DNA of 24,295 nucleotides. Origin: a virus (Duplodnaviria; Heunggongvirae; Uroviricota; Caudoviricetes). The translations under genes were made by a program, and so were the position numbers. The notes beneath the pieces are model-generated. The model made no database searches, had not been told where the DNA came from, and was given only the letters and a program-made list of their open reading frames with translations. Position 1 is the stretch's first letter, and each line of letters begins with the position of its first letter. Where the stretch lies: IMG/VR virus record IMGVR_UViG_3300042259_000129, one strand, 5' to 3'. Shown here in pieces: positions 8,701-17,903 of this stretch.

Positions 8701-9192
8701 ATGAATTTCTATTCATATATAAATGAGGGCCACGAACCCATGTTCAAATTTCCCTATAAGAATGTTAAGATTTTTTGGAATACCGGGAAAGCTGGTGAAG
8801 AACACACCATGGATTCCAGACTTGAGAGAATTGGTAAAACCAAAAAAGAAGTTTATGAATACATGAAGAAATTCATTAACATTCTTAAGAAGGAAAATAA
8901 AAATTATGGTGTGTATGCTATAATCTTCGATACCTTTAAAATGATTGCCACATATTCTAAGAATAGAATCTTCATTAATACATTTTTATCTAAGAATATG
9001 ACAGTATCTCATTATGATTTTCAACTTCAAATTCTGGAAGCATTAGAGAATTTTACAGGGGACAAATATGATGAAAATTCTTTTACTGTTGTAAAAATGT
9101 TAAGGGAATCTATTTGTGTTGAACGGGGTACTGACTATATTGACATTTATGGAATGCATAATTCAGTTTTTGAAGTAATTGAAATTGATTAA
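8701..9192 (+). CDS. Hypothetical protein (163 aa)
   Basis: GGAG RBS, own promoter candidate, TAA stop; no family recognised. Confidence 0.75.
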   Translation: MNFYSYINEGHEPMFKFPYKNVKIFWNTGKAGEEHTMDSRLERIGKTKKEVYEYMKKFINILKKENKNYGVYAIIFDTFKMIATYSKNRIFINTFLSKNMTVSHYDFQLQILEALENFTGDKYDENSFTVVKMLRESICVERGTDYIDIYGMHNSVFEVIEID

Positions 9193-9208
9193 CTAAATAA
9201 ATTACTTA

Positions 9209-9258
9209 TTTACATTAGGGTGGCAAATGATTAAAATAAAAATTATTTGCCACCCTAA
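9209..9258 (+). promoter_or_regulatory. TTTACA-17-TAAAAT promoter embedded in a 14-bp perfect inverted repeat
   Basis: TTTACA 9209-9214, TAAAAT 9232-9237; arms TTAGGGTGGCAAAT 9215-9228 and ATTTGCCACCCTAA 9245-9258. Confidence 0.6.
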
Positions 9259-9300
9259 ACATTTAAGAGGTTAGAATGACCTTCTATGTATTTTGGTTTT

Positions 9301-9308
9301 TATAAATA
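9301..9308 (+). promoter_or_regulatory. T4 late-promoter-like TATAAATA upstream of the homing endonuclease
   Basis: Exact consensus 20 nt before the ATG and just upstream of the AAGGAG RBS; the 8-mer is also common by chance in AT-rich DNA. Confidence 0.35.
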
Positions 9309-9327
9309 TATAGAAGGAGATCTAATA

Positions 9328-10311
9328 ATGAATAAAGTGAGACCCTATGTTTATAAAATTACACAAAAATTAACAGGTGAGTACTATTTTGGAGCCAAAT
9401 ATAGTAAATACAATTCAATACCAGAAAAATTTTGACAAAATTATTTCACATCATCTTTTTATATTAAAGAAATAATTGATGTTTATGGAAAAGATATTTT
9501 TATACCAGAAATATTATTTATTTTTGACGATGAAGATTTTAATATTGCTGTTAAGAACGCTTTATTAAAAGAAAGAGAATATATTGAACAACATATTAAT
9601 GATCCTTTATGTTTGAATATGAGATTATGACCTTGTAATCCTGATCCAAATAAAAAAAGACGTTGGGTAAACCCTAAAACAGGCGAATCCTCTTATACTT
9701 TAGGGGCTAAGAAAGGTGCATGAACAAGAAAATATACTATTTGTGAAAATGGATTAACAATACAAGAAAATTCAATTATAAAAACTAAAAAAACATATAA
9801 AGCAAATCCTAAAATTATAGAAAATAGAAAAGAGTTATGTAAAAAAATAATGTCAACAGTTGATGAAACTGGTTTAACTCGATATCAGAAAGCAGGTTTA
9901 AAAATAAAAGGAGATAGAAATCCCGCTTGCAGGCCAGAAGTTAAGAAAAAAATTTCTGATAGTGTTCGAAGGTGAGTAAAAGAAAATCCGGATATAATTA
10001 AAAAAAATACTGAGAAAATGATATTTAGTAGATCACAAATCCAAGAGGACGGTTTAAGTGCAAATCAAAAACATTCCTTATTTATGTTAGAAAATAATCC
10101 AGCATCAAATACAATATGAATAAACAACGGTTTAATAAATGTAAGACATCCAAAAGAAGAAATTGTGCCTGAAGGGTTTACATTGGGCCGAATTAAATTT
10201 AAACATAAGAAAGAAAAAATAATACGAATTTGCCCTTGATGTGGGAAAGAAGGAAGTGGTGGAAACATGACTAAATATCATTTTGATAATTGTAAAAATA
10301 AGGAAAAATAA
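9328..10311 (+). mobile_element. Freestanding GIY-YIG (Seg-like) homing endonuclease, 327 aa, six in-frame TGA=Trp
   Basis: YVYKIT...YYFG catalytic motif, F[W]QNYFTSS, NPA...VKKKIS (NUMOD3-like), TI[W]INNG, C-terminal CP[W]CGKEG...HFDNCK. TGA at 9433, 9628, 9721, 9973, 10117 and 10237; strong RBS; ends 7 nt before the topoisomerase ATG. Confidence 0.9.
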
Positions 10312-10318
10312 ACAATAT

Positions 10319-12124
10319 ATGAAAGAAGAAAAAATTGTTCATTTAAGCGATAGAGAACATGTGTTGAAGCGTGGAACTATGTGGATCGGGTCAGTTAAGA
10401 GAAACATTGTTGAAGAATATATTTTTGAAAATAAGTCTTTTGTTAAGAAGGAATTTGAATATGTTCCGGGGTTCATAACTGCTTTTAAAGAAATTATTTC
10501 AAATTCTCTAGATGAAAATTTAAAGACCAAAGGAGAATTTGCTAATATCATTAAGGTTGAGGTAAATTCAGATTTTATTTCTGTAAGAGATAATGGAAGA
10601 GGTATCCCTTCTGATAATGTTGAAGGACTCGATGTCCCTGCATCTGTTGCTGTTTTTACAAATCTCAAAACAGGAAGCAACTTCTCTGATGATAGCACTT
10701 CTATTGGCCAGAATGGTGTTGGAGCAAGTTTAACTCAAATTTTTAGTAAAAGGTTTTTTGTTGAAACATGTAACAATGGAAAGGTTACAAAACTTACATG
10801 TAAGAATAATGGTTCTGACATTAAGTATGATATTAAGGATAAAGAAGGTCATTATACTTTTGTAGAATATTGGCCTGATTTTGAAAGATTTTCAATGACT
10901 GAAATTGATGATATTCATAAAGATTATATCAGGAAAACCATTATAGATTATTCAATTTGCTTTCCCGATATCACATTTTATTTTAATGGTAAAAAGCTTG
11001 CTGGTAACTTTAAGAAGTATTGTGAGTATTATTCTTCTAATATAGAAACTTTCTCATATGAAAATATTGATATCTGTGTCTATCCAGGTGAATATGAACA
11101 GACTTCATTTGTAAATGGTTTAAACACAAAACGTGGTGGAAATCATGTAGATCTTATTGTGAACAAGATTACTTATACTCTTAGAGAACTTATTGCTAAA
11201 AAATATAAAGAGATTAAACCTCTAGATATTAAAAATAAAACATGTTATATTATTAACTTTAAGAATTTTACTGCACCCAGATTTGATTCCCAAACAAAAG
11301 AAAATCTCATTAACACTACCAAAGAAGTTCAAGAACTTATTAATGACATTGACTTTAGTGTTATTGCTAAGAAGCTTTATAAAAATGATGAAATGATGTT
11401 TCCTATTATTGAAACATTCAAAATTAAAGAAGAGCTCAAGAAAAGAAAAGATCTTAAATCAAAGGAATCTAAAGTTTCTAAGAAAAAGATTGCAAAGCTT
11501 ATTGATGCAAATACTACATCAAGAAAAGATACATTGCTTTTCCTTGCAGAAGGAAATTCCGCATTGAGTACATTTATTGAGGTTAGAAATCCTAATGAGG
11601 GTGGGTATCCACTTAGAGGTAAAGTAATTTCTCCTCAAGATACACCTTTGACTAAGCTTATGCAAAATGCTGAAATTGTAGATATTTTGGCTGCTTTGAA
11701 TCTTAAACTTTCAGATCCTTCTATTGATAATATGAATTTTGGAAAAGTTGTTATTATGTCAGATGCTGATGAAGATGGAAACTCTATTGCTTGTACTCTT
11801 ATAAATTTCTTTTATACATTTTGGCCAGATATGATCAAACAAGGGAAACTTTTAAAAGCTATTTCTCCTATTATTGTTGCTAAGAATCCAAAAACAAAAG
11901 AAATTAAAGAATTTTATAATTTGACAGATTATAAAAATGATCCTGATTTTGAAATCTTGGAAGTAACATCCCATAACAAAGGGCTCGGTTCCTTGGATAA
12001 AAAAGCATATAGGAAAATGCTAGATACATTAATTGAAGTTACTGAGGATGAATTTTCTAGACAAACTTTAGATATGGCCTTTGGTAAAGATTCCCAACCA
12101 AGAAAAGAATGGCTCCTAGCCTAG
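10319..12124 (+). CDS. gp39: Type IIA topoisomerase ATPase/TOPRIM subunit (T4 gp39+gp60 in one ORF)
   Basis: EIISNSLDE, DNGRGIP, GQNGVGA, EGNSA, PLRGK, DADEDG, KGLGS; start moved to the ATG at 10319. Confidence 0.95.
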   Translation: MKEEKIVHLSDREHVLKRGTMWIGSVKRNIVEEYIFENKSFVKKEFEYVPGFITAFKEIISNSLDENLKTKGEFANIIKVEVNSDFISVRDNGRGIPSDNVEGLDVPASVAVFTNLKTGSNFSDDSTSIGQNGVGASLTQIFSKRFFVETCNNGKVTKLTCKNNGSDIKYDIKDKEGHYTFVEYWPDFERFSMTEIDDIHKDYIRKTIIDYSICFPDITFYFNGKKLAGNFKKYCEYYSSNIETFSYENIDICVYPGEYEQTSFVNGLNTKRGGNHVDLIVNKITYTLRELIAKKYKEIKPLDIKNKTCYIINFKNFTAPRFDSQTKENLINTTKEVQELINDIDFSVIAKKLYKNDEMMFPIIETFKIKEELKKRKDLKSKESKVSKKKIAKLIDANTTSRKDTLLFLAEGNSALSTFIEVRNPNEGGYPLRGKVISPQDTPLTKLMQNAEIVDILAALNLKLSDPSIDNMNFGKVVIMSDADEDGNSIACTLINFFYTFWPDMIKQGKLLKAISPIIVAKNPKTKEIKEFYNLTDYKNDPDFEILEVTSHNKGLGSLDKKAYRKMLDTLIEVTEDEFSRQTLDMAFGKDSQPRKEWLLA

Positions 12125-12152
12125 TTTACATATTTAATTAAAAGGATATAAT
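12125..12152 (+). promoter_or_regulatory. Early-type promoter GTTTACA-16-TATAAT
   Basis: Consensus -10 ends 6 nt before the ATG at 12159. Confidence 0.5.
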
Positions 12153-12158
12153 TTAAAT

Positions 12159-13466
12159 ATGAAGAAAAATATTACTGAATTTATTAATGACGAATATAAA
12201 AGTTATTCTAAATATGTTCTTTATAATAGAGCTATTGGATCTGTTGCTGATGGATTTAAAGCTGTTCATAGAAAAATTTTCTTTCTTATTAAAGACCAAA
12301 AAGAATTTATCAAAACTGCATCTCTCGCAGGAAATTTAATTTCTAAAGCTGGATATAATCATGGTGACGCATCTGGAGGATCAGCTGCTTCCCTTATGGC
12401 TCAGTCTTTTGTTGGATCAAATAATGTTCCACTTCTAGATTCAAAGGGTTCTTTTGGTAATAGATTTATTAATGACCCTTCAGCAACAAGGTATACATAT
12501 GTAAAGGCAGCTAAAGTTCTTCCGTATCTTTTTAAGGACTTTGATCTATGCCCTGAAAATATTGATCCTGAAAATCCAGAACCTTTATATTATCTTCCTA
12601 TTGTTCCCACAATTCTACTTAATGGTATCAAAGGTATTGCTGTTGGATTTGCCTGTGATATTCCCTCTTTCAACATTCACGATCTGATTAATGAGTCTAT
12701 AAGGATTCTGTCCGGAGGTCTCTGCGAGGATGTGTACCCCTTCTATAAAGGATACAAAGGTGCACTTATTCAAAATGAAGAAGGAAATCTTGTTCAGACT
12801 GGCATTTTTAGAAAAATTAATGAAGGGAAAATTCATATTACCGAGGTACCTGTTTCCTATGATAGGGAAAAGTATATCTCATATCTCAATACCCTAATTG
12901 ATAAAAATCTAATTTCTAATTATACAGATAATTCTAAGGAAGAATGGGATATTGTAGTTTCCCTTCCTCGAAAATCTAAAGTTTGGGAAGACCCTATCAA
13001 ACACCTCAAACTCTACAATAATATCAACTATAATCTTACTTGTATTGATGAAAACGAGAACCTTAAGATTTTTAATTCTCCAAAAGAGATTATTGAATAT
13101 TTTGTAAAATTTAGAGTTGAATATTTTGAAAAGAGAAGACTAAAGAGGATCAAAGAGTTTAATGATCTTATTAATTTCAATATGGATAAGATTAAATTTA
13201 TTAAAACTGCTATGGAGTATGATTTTAAGAATAAAACAAAAGAAAAAATTTGGAAAGATTTTGTAAAAGATTTTGTTCCTGAAAATCTTGAAAAATTTCT
13301 TAAAATGAGTATCTCAAATATAAATAAGGATACTATTGAAGAATTAAAAGTAAAAATTAAAGGGTATCTTGAAGAAAGAAAATATTATCAAAGCACTACT
13401 AAGGAAGCTTTATATATTAAAGATCTTGAGGAACTTAAAACATTTTGTGAAAAGGAGAAAATGTAA
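12159..13466 (+). CDS. gp52: Type IIA topoisomerase DNA-cleavage subunit (T4 gp52/GyrA-like)
   Basis: DGFKAVHRK, YNHGDAS, catalytic ATRY, LLNGIKGIAVGFA. Confidence 0.95.
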   Translation: MKKNITEFINDEYKSYSKYVLYNRAIGSVADGFKAVHRKIFFLIKDQKEFIKTASLAGNLISKAGYNHGDASGGSAASLMAQSFVGSNNVPLLDSKGSFGNRFINDPSATRYTYVKAAKVLPYLFKDFDLCPENIDPENPEPLYYLPIVPTILLNGIKGIAVGFACDIPSFNIHDLINESIRILSGGLCEDVYPFYKGYKGALIQNEEGNLVQTGIFRKINEGKIHITEVPVSYDREKYISYLNTLIDKNLISNYTDNSKEEWDIVVSLPRKSKVWEDPIKHLKLYNNINYNLTCIDENENLKIFNSPKEIIEYFVKFRVEYFEKRRLKRIKEFNDLINFNMDKIKFIKTAMEYDFKNKTKEKIWKDFVKDFVPENLEKFLKMSISNINKDTIEELKVKIKGYLEERKYYQSTTKEALYIKDLEELKTFCEKEKM

Positions 13467-13702
13467 TGGGACTATGTAGAACTTGTCATGAATTTTTGCC
13501 CCCTGATTTTATGAATGAAGATAAGGAATGTGCTTTTTGTAAAAGGGATACTAATGTTCTAATTGGGGATGGGGACATTATGTACACGAAACAAGAAGTA
13601 GTATTAGATTACAAGGTTCTTCTTGGTGAACTAAAGGATGCTCAATCTATCAAAGATGCGTTTGTTCAAAATGTAGTAAGAAAGGAAGGATTGGATGGCT
13701 AA
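13466..13702 (+). CDS. Small zinc-finger protein
   Basis: CRTC...CAFC; TAATG coupling to gp52. Confidence 0.65.
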   Translation: MGLCRTCHEFLPPDFMNEDKECAFCKRDTNVLIGDGDIMYTKQEVVLDYKVLLGELKDAQSIKDAFVQNVVRKEGLDG

Positions 13703-14756
13703 GAGGATCAATGTAAAGCCCCAAGGCAGATTCATGCTTCACACTTGGGGTTGCGATACGGGCGGTTGCGGAATTATACGAACCTGAATTCCCAGTATCT
13801 TAATGTCTTCTTTTAGATACAAAGCAGCTTCCTTTATTTCAACATATGGATATTCCTATATCTCAGACCCTAAGTATTATGAGAATTTATTCTTTTGCAA
13901 GTTTCAGAGACCTGCAGAAGAAGCCCATGTCCAAATGATTAAAGACATTAAACATAGAATTCGGCAAGCACCTGTAATTGCAGATTATGATGATTTAGTA
14001 TTTGATATTCCAGAGATTAATATTGCGCACCAATATTACGAGGAAAGAAAAAAATATATTGAGGAAGCATTGACATTGGTCGAAGGGATCACTGTGTCTA
14101 CAGAATTTCTTCGAAATAAACTTCTCAAATATAATAAAAATATTTCTATTGTTCCAAATTATCTTCCTAAATTTTTGTGGAAGGAACCTGGTGCTATTGA
14201 TATTGTAAAGAATCATAAGAAGCCCAGAATTCTTTATCCAGGTTCAAGCACCCATTTTAATCCAAATGGAGAAGGGGGAGACTTTGCTGCAGAACTAATT
14301 GAATATATTAAAGAAACTTCTGAAAAATATGAATGGCACTTTATTGGGGGTCACCCGACTGAGCTTAAAGATAATAAGAATATTTTTATTCACCCTTGGC
14401 AATCATATTTTGAATATCCAGATTTTATTAAGAAGATTAACCCAAATTTAGCTATTGCTCCATTAGTAGTTAATGATTTTAATAAATCAAAATCCAATAT
14501 TAAATTTCAGGAGTATGTTGCTTCTGGTATATGTGGCATTTATCAGGATATTGAACCTTATAAGAATGCTACATTAAAAGCTAATTCTGCTGAAGATTTT
14601 ATTAAGTTAATTGAAGAACATATCTTAGATTTTAATAAACAATATGATGTATGGTTAAAAGATTACAATACTTTAAAGAATGATCTTTGGTTTGAGGGAA
14701 ATGAATTGAAATGGTTTAACAGACATCTGAAATTATTTAATAGGGAATTAAAGTAA
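13695..14756 (+). CDS. GT-B fold glycosyltransferase, 353 aa (in-frame TGA=Trp at 13785-13787)
   Basis: Reading through TGA adds MAKR...CDTGGCGIIRT[W]IP from an ATG overlapping the previous stop; body has FQR, DYDD, ITVSTEFL and IAPL..NDFNKSKSNIKFQEY..SG motifs of phage GT-B proteins. Confidence 0.8.
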
Positions 14757-15040
14757 TGCCTGGTATAGTTAGATTAGGAGACTATTGTTCTGGTCATGAT
14801 GGCTGACCCCCTAGACCCAATATAGAAGCAAGTGAAACAGTTTTTGTTAATGGATTAGGTGTTCATAGATTAGGAGATCAATGGGCCATCCATTGTAATG
14901 ATAGCTGTCACTCCGGAGTTGCATCCTCTTCTAGTCTAACTGTGTTTTGTAATTCTAAAGGGGTTTGTCGTGTTGGGGATTCTGTCAGTTGTGGTTCCAC
15001 CATGGCTGAGGGATCAACAGATACATTTGCAGGAGATTAA
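14756..15040 (+). CDS. PAAR-repeat spike-tip protein (T4 gp5.4-like), 94 aa (TGA=Trp at 14804-14806); absent from the ORF track
   Basis: MPGIVRLGDYCSGHDG[W]PPRP...VFVNG..VHRLGD..H...H...VF.N.KGVCRVGDSVSCG...EGS; GHxxWPP matches gp5.4 GHEAWPP; TAATG coupling. Confidence 0.92.
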
Positions 15041-15044
15041 AATA

Positions 15045-15332
15045 ATGACCAGAAAAGAGTTTAATGAGCTTTCAACGATTGAAAGAACATCCCTTAATAA
15101 GAAATTAGATAAAATTAATTTAGCCCTTTTAGATATTATTGATAGTATTGTTGAAATTGATGAGGACACAATAGGAATCAAGCTTACCAAGAATCTTGTA
15201 GTTTACAATGAAGGCAGCTGTGTTAGTATTAATAAAGGATATAATATTCAGGTGGCTAAAGAAATTCACCTGAATCCTTCTAAAACTGTAGATGAAAGTG
15301 TTACAAAAATGTTAGATTTCAATAAGGAGTAA
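15045..15332 (+). CDS. Hypothetical protein (95 aa)
   Basis: ATG at 15045 after GGAG; the longer track start overlaps the PAAR gene. Confidence 0.7.
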   Translation: MTRKEFNELSTIERTSLNKKLDKINLALLDIIDSIVEIDEDTIGIKLTKNLVVYNEGSCVSINKGYNIQVAKEIHLNPSKTVDESVTKMLDFNKE

Positions 15333-15335
15333 TTT

Positions 15336-16226
15336 GTGAGTCAAGAAATTTGGTGTTTCAAGTATGCACCACAATCATTAGATGAGATGATTCTCTCTGA
15401 TGATAAGAAAGAAGTTCTTAAAAAGGTTATTAAGGAATGTCCTAATGTCCTTCTAGCAGGGAAACCTGGCACAGGAAAGGGCACCTTTATGGATATTTTC
15501 CTTAAGGAAACTGGTTATGATTTCCTTAAGCTAAATATGTCTGATGAGAATTCTGTAGATACTGTTAGAGATACAATTAAAACGTTTGCAACCTCTTTAG
15601 GTTTCACTAATAAGAAAATCGTTTATGGAAATGAATTTGATGCTGTAAGTTTACAGGGTCAATCAGCAATTCGCGATTTACTAGAATCAGTTCAGAAGAA
15701 CTGTAGATTTTTCTTTCTAGCTAACTATCCTCAAAAGATTATCGATCCAATTAAATCTAGATGTCAAACTATTACACTAAATGAGCCGCCAAAAGATCAA
15801 CTTCTTAAATTTTGTTTTAAGATTCTTAAAGCTGAGAATATTGAAGTCAAAAATAAGTCTGGTGTTGTTGAGATCATCAAAGCTCACTACCCAGATATAA
15901 GACAAATTGTTAATACTCTACAACTTAATTGTGTAAATGGTGTTTTCGATACTGTAAAGATTTCAACTACTTCTGATGTGTTTGAAAATATCTTTACTTA
16001 CATGAAAGAAGCTGATATTGAAAACATTAGAAAAACTCTACGATCTGAAGGTGTTGACTATCCAGCATTGTTTAACTATCTTTATGAAAAAGCCCCAGAA
16101 GTTAAGTCGCCAGGAGATTTTGTAATTGCTTTAGGTGAGTATTTATATAGGGATGCTTTTGTTGCTATTAAGGAAATCAACTTTATGGCATTTTATTTTG
16201 AAATGATGAAGAAGGGAGTATTATAA
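15336..16226 (+). CDS. gp44: Clamp-loader AAA+ subunit (T4 gp44/RFC-like)
   Basis: WCFKYAP, GKPGTGK, NEFD, SRC motif, YPDIRQIVN. Confidence 0.93.
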   Translation: MSQEIWCFKYAPQSLDEMILSDDKKEVLKKVIKECPNVLLAGKPGTGKGTFMDIFLKETGYDFLKLNMSDENSVDTVRDTIKTFATSLGFTNKKIVYGNEFDAVSLQGQSAIRDLLESVQKNCRFFFLANYPQKIIDPIKSRCQTITLNEPPKDQLLKFCFKILKAENIEVKNKSGVVEIIKAHYPDIRQIVNTLQLNCVNGVFDTVKISTTSDVFENIFTYMKEADIENIRKTLRSEGVDYPALFNYLYEKAPEVKSPGDFVIALGEYLYRDAFVAIKEINFMAFYFEMMKKGVL

Positions 16227-16465
16227 TGATTTATTCATTAAATATGTATTCAAGAGAGCTATTAGAAGAAGCATATGATTCTCTTGGAAAAATTTATTTA
16301 AATTGTATCCCACATAAAAACGAACATATTACATATGAAAAGGATATTTATCTCGTGGAAGAGATTTTTTATAAACTATCAGGACAATCTCATGAGTCCG
16401 AAATTAATTTATATTGTTTATATGTAGGAAAAATAAATTCAACAAAAGAATTAATGAGAAAGTAA
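16226..16465 (+). CDS. Hypothetical protein (79 aa)
   Basis: TAATG overlaps on both sides. Confidence 0.7.
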   Translation: MIYSLNMYSRELLEEAYDSLGKIYLNCIPHKNEHITYEKDIYLVEEIFYKLSGQSHESEINLYCLYVGKINSTKELMRK

Positions 16466-16800
16466 TGGAAAAACAAACTATTTTTGATTTTCTCAATTCA
16501 ATCAATAACAAGAAGAAAATTGAGATCAATGAGAAGGATTTTTCTGGGTATATGGTAAGCTTATGGTTTAGTCATGCCCAAGATTGTATTGATGTAGTTA
16601 ACAGGATCAATCCCTATATCTTTAATACTCCTTCCAAAGCAATGTATGAATATTATTTTGATAAAATTTCAAAGAAGAAACGATTTATCAAATTTACGAA
16701 AAAAGAAAAAGATGAAAAAGCAAATGCAGAAAAGGAAACTTTTAAAACAATACACAATCTTTCTAAAAAGGAGATGAAATTATATAAAGATTTTTTCTAG
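16465..16800 (+). CDS. gp62: Clamp-loader small subunit (T4 gp62-like)
   Basis: FDFLNSIN...KKRFIKF pattern and position after gp44; ATG at 16465 by TAATG coupling. Confidence 0.7.
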   Translation: MEKQTIFDFLNSINNKKKIEINEKDFSGYMVSLWFSHAQDCIDVVNRINPYIFNTPSKAMYEYYFDKISKKKRFIKFTKKEKDEKANAEKETFKTIHNLSKKEMKLYKDFF

Positions 16801-16804
16801 TTTG

Positions 16805-16833
16805 TTTACATATAATATAGTTGAATATAATGT
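16805..16833 (+). promoter_or_regulatory. Early-type promoter GTTTACA-17-TAATGT
   Basis: Intergenic, upstream of the AAGGAG RBS of the 16859 gene. Confidence 0.5.
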
Positions 16834-16858
16834 TAATAAAAAATGTTAAGGAGATCCT

Positions 16859-17614
16859 ATGATTGTTAATGTAAAGAAGTTTAATAATTTTCTACGAAAG
16901 GCAACATTGAATTTTTCAATTAATTCTTTCAGTTGTGATATTAGTCCAGAGCGTGTTGTTTCTCGAATGATCACAAAATCTAATGATGCTATTGCGTGTC
17001 TGGATTTTGAAAATGACATTTTTAAGGAAAATAAGGAAAATCTTTCTTTTAATTTTATTGATCCAAATAGCTCTATTGTCCCTTATCTTAATCTTGTTGA
17101 TTCTGAGGAAGCTGAACTTATTGCAAGGGATGAAAAACTTATTCTTAAGAATGGTAAGCAGAAGTCAAATATTTTCTTTTGTGAAGAAATGATTCCTTCT
17201 AAGTTTGGCGCATCTGAACCCAAAGTGCAGTTTTCCCCATTTATCACAATTGATGTTAATGAAGAATTTCTAGAAACTTTCAACAAAATCAAAAAAATTG
17301 GAAACAAGTTCGGAAAAATCTATTTTACTGTAATAAATAATATTCTACAAATGGAGACCACCGATAAGAAAAACAAGTTCTCTAATGGTCTTTCCTTTGA
17401 CATTGCAGAAAATGTAAATTCTAAAGATATTTCAATTTGTTTTGATTTTGGTAATATGAATAATATGTTTGCTGTTCTAGATGATGATGTTTCTTACAAA
17501 TTAGATTTTATTTATGTTAAAGAAAAGGATATGGGTCTAATGACGTGCAAACGAGCTAACCCAAATTCAGAAAGCATTGAAAGTTACTATTTGACATCTA
17601 AGATGGAGGTTTAA
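16859..17614 (+). CDS. Probable sliding clamp (T4 gp45-like)
   Basis: 251 aa, predicted alternating beta/alpha pattern, adjacent to clamp-loader genes; assignment rests mostly on size and context. Confidence 0.55.
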   Translation: MIVNVKKFNNFLRKATLNFSINSFSCDISPERVVSRMITKSNDAIACLDFENDIFKENKENLSFNFIDPNSSIVPYLNLVDSEEAELIARDEKLILKNGKQKSNIFFCEEMIPSKFGASEPKVQFSPFITIDVNEEFLETFNKIKKIGNKFGKIYFTVINNILQMETTDKKNKFSNGLSFDIAENVNSKDISICFDFGNMNNMFAVLDDDVSYKLDFIYVKEKDMGLMTCKRANPNSESIESYYLTSKMEV

Positions 17615-17869
17615 GTGAAACTAATTAGAATTGAGTATATTTTAAACAATAACAATTGGAAGTGTAATGTTATTGCTAAAGATACTAAAGATGGAGTAAG
17701 TTTTTTAGAAAAATATCTGAGGGCACCCTTTAGTATTACATCAACTGAAGAAGTGTGTGATATTCATGGAATCAGTGATACTATGAAGGATAATTTTTTA
17801 AAGACTGTTGAAGCAAAGGTTGAAACAAAGAGTGAACCTAAGTCAAAGTTGGGAAGGCCAAAGAAATAA
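17615..17869 (+). CDS. Hypothetical protein with a basic C-terminal GRPKK tail
   Basis: GTG after GGAGG; last gene of the + strand block. Confidence 0.7.
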   Translation: MKLIRIEYILNNNNWKCNVIAKDTKDGVSFLEKYLRAPFSITSTEEVCDIHGISDTMKDNFLKTVEAKVETKSEPKSKLGRPKK

Positions 17870-17871
17870 GT

Positions 17872-17896
17872 AGGGGGTCATATGACCCCCTTTTTT
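17872..17896 (+). terminator. Rho-independent terminator between the convergent blocks
   Basis: Perfect 20-bp palindrome AGGGGGTCATATGACCCCCT followed by a T run. Confidence 0.85.
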
Positions 17897-17903
17897 ATAA
17901 TTC

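Noticed and set aside
9276-9305. Nine-codon ORF MTFYVFWFL with an AAGAGG RBS upstream of the endonuclease, a possible Trp-sensing leader
   Set aside because: Single TGG, no attenuator structure downstream, and such short ORFs arise by chance; worth revisiting only with ribosome profiling.
11545-11562. Topoisomerase TOPRIM motif EGNSA instead of EGDSA
   Set aside because: The catalytic Glu and the DxD motif are intact; probably a tolerated variant.
10065-17307. Minus-strand track ORFs opposite the endonuclease, topoisomerase, GT and clamp genes (likewise 1215-5951 and 7637-7870)
   Set aside because: Antisense shadows of well-supported + strand genes, with no RBS or recognisable motifs.
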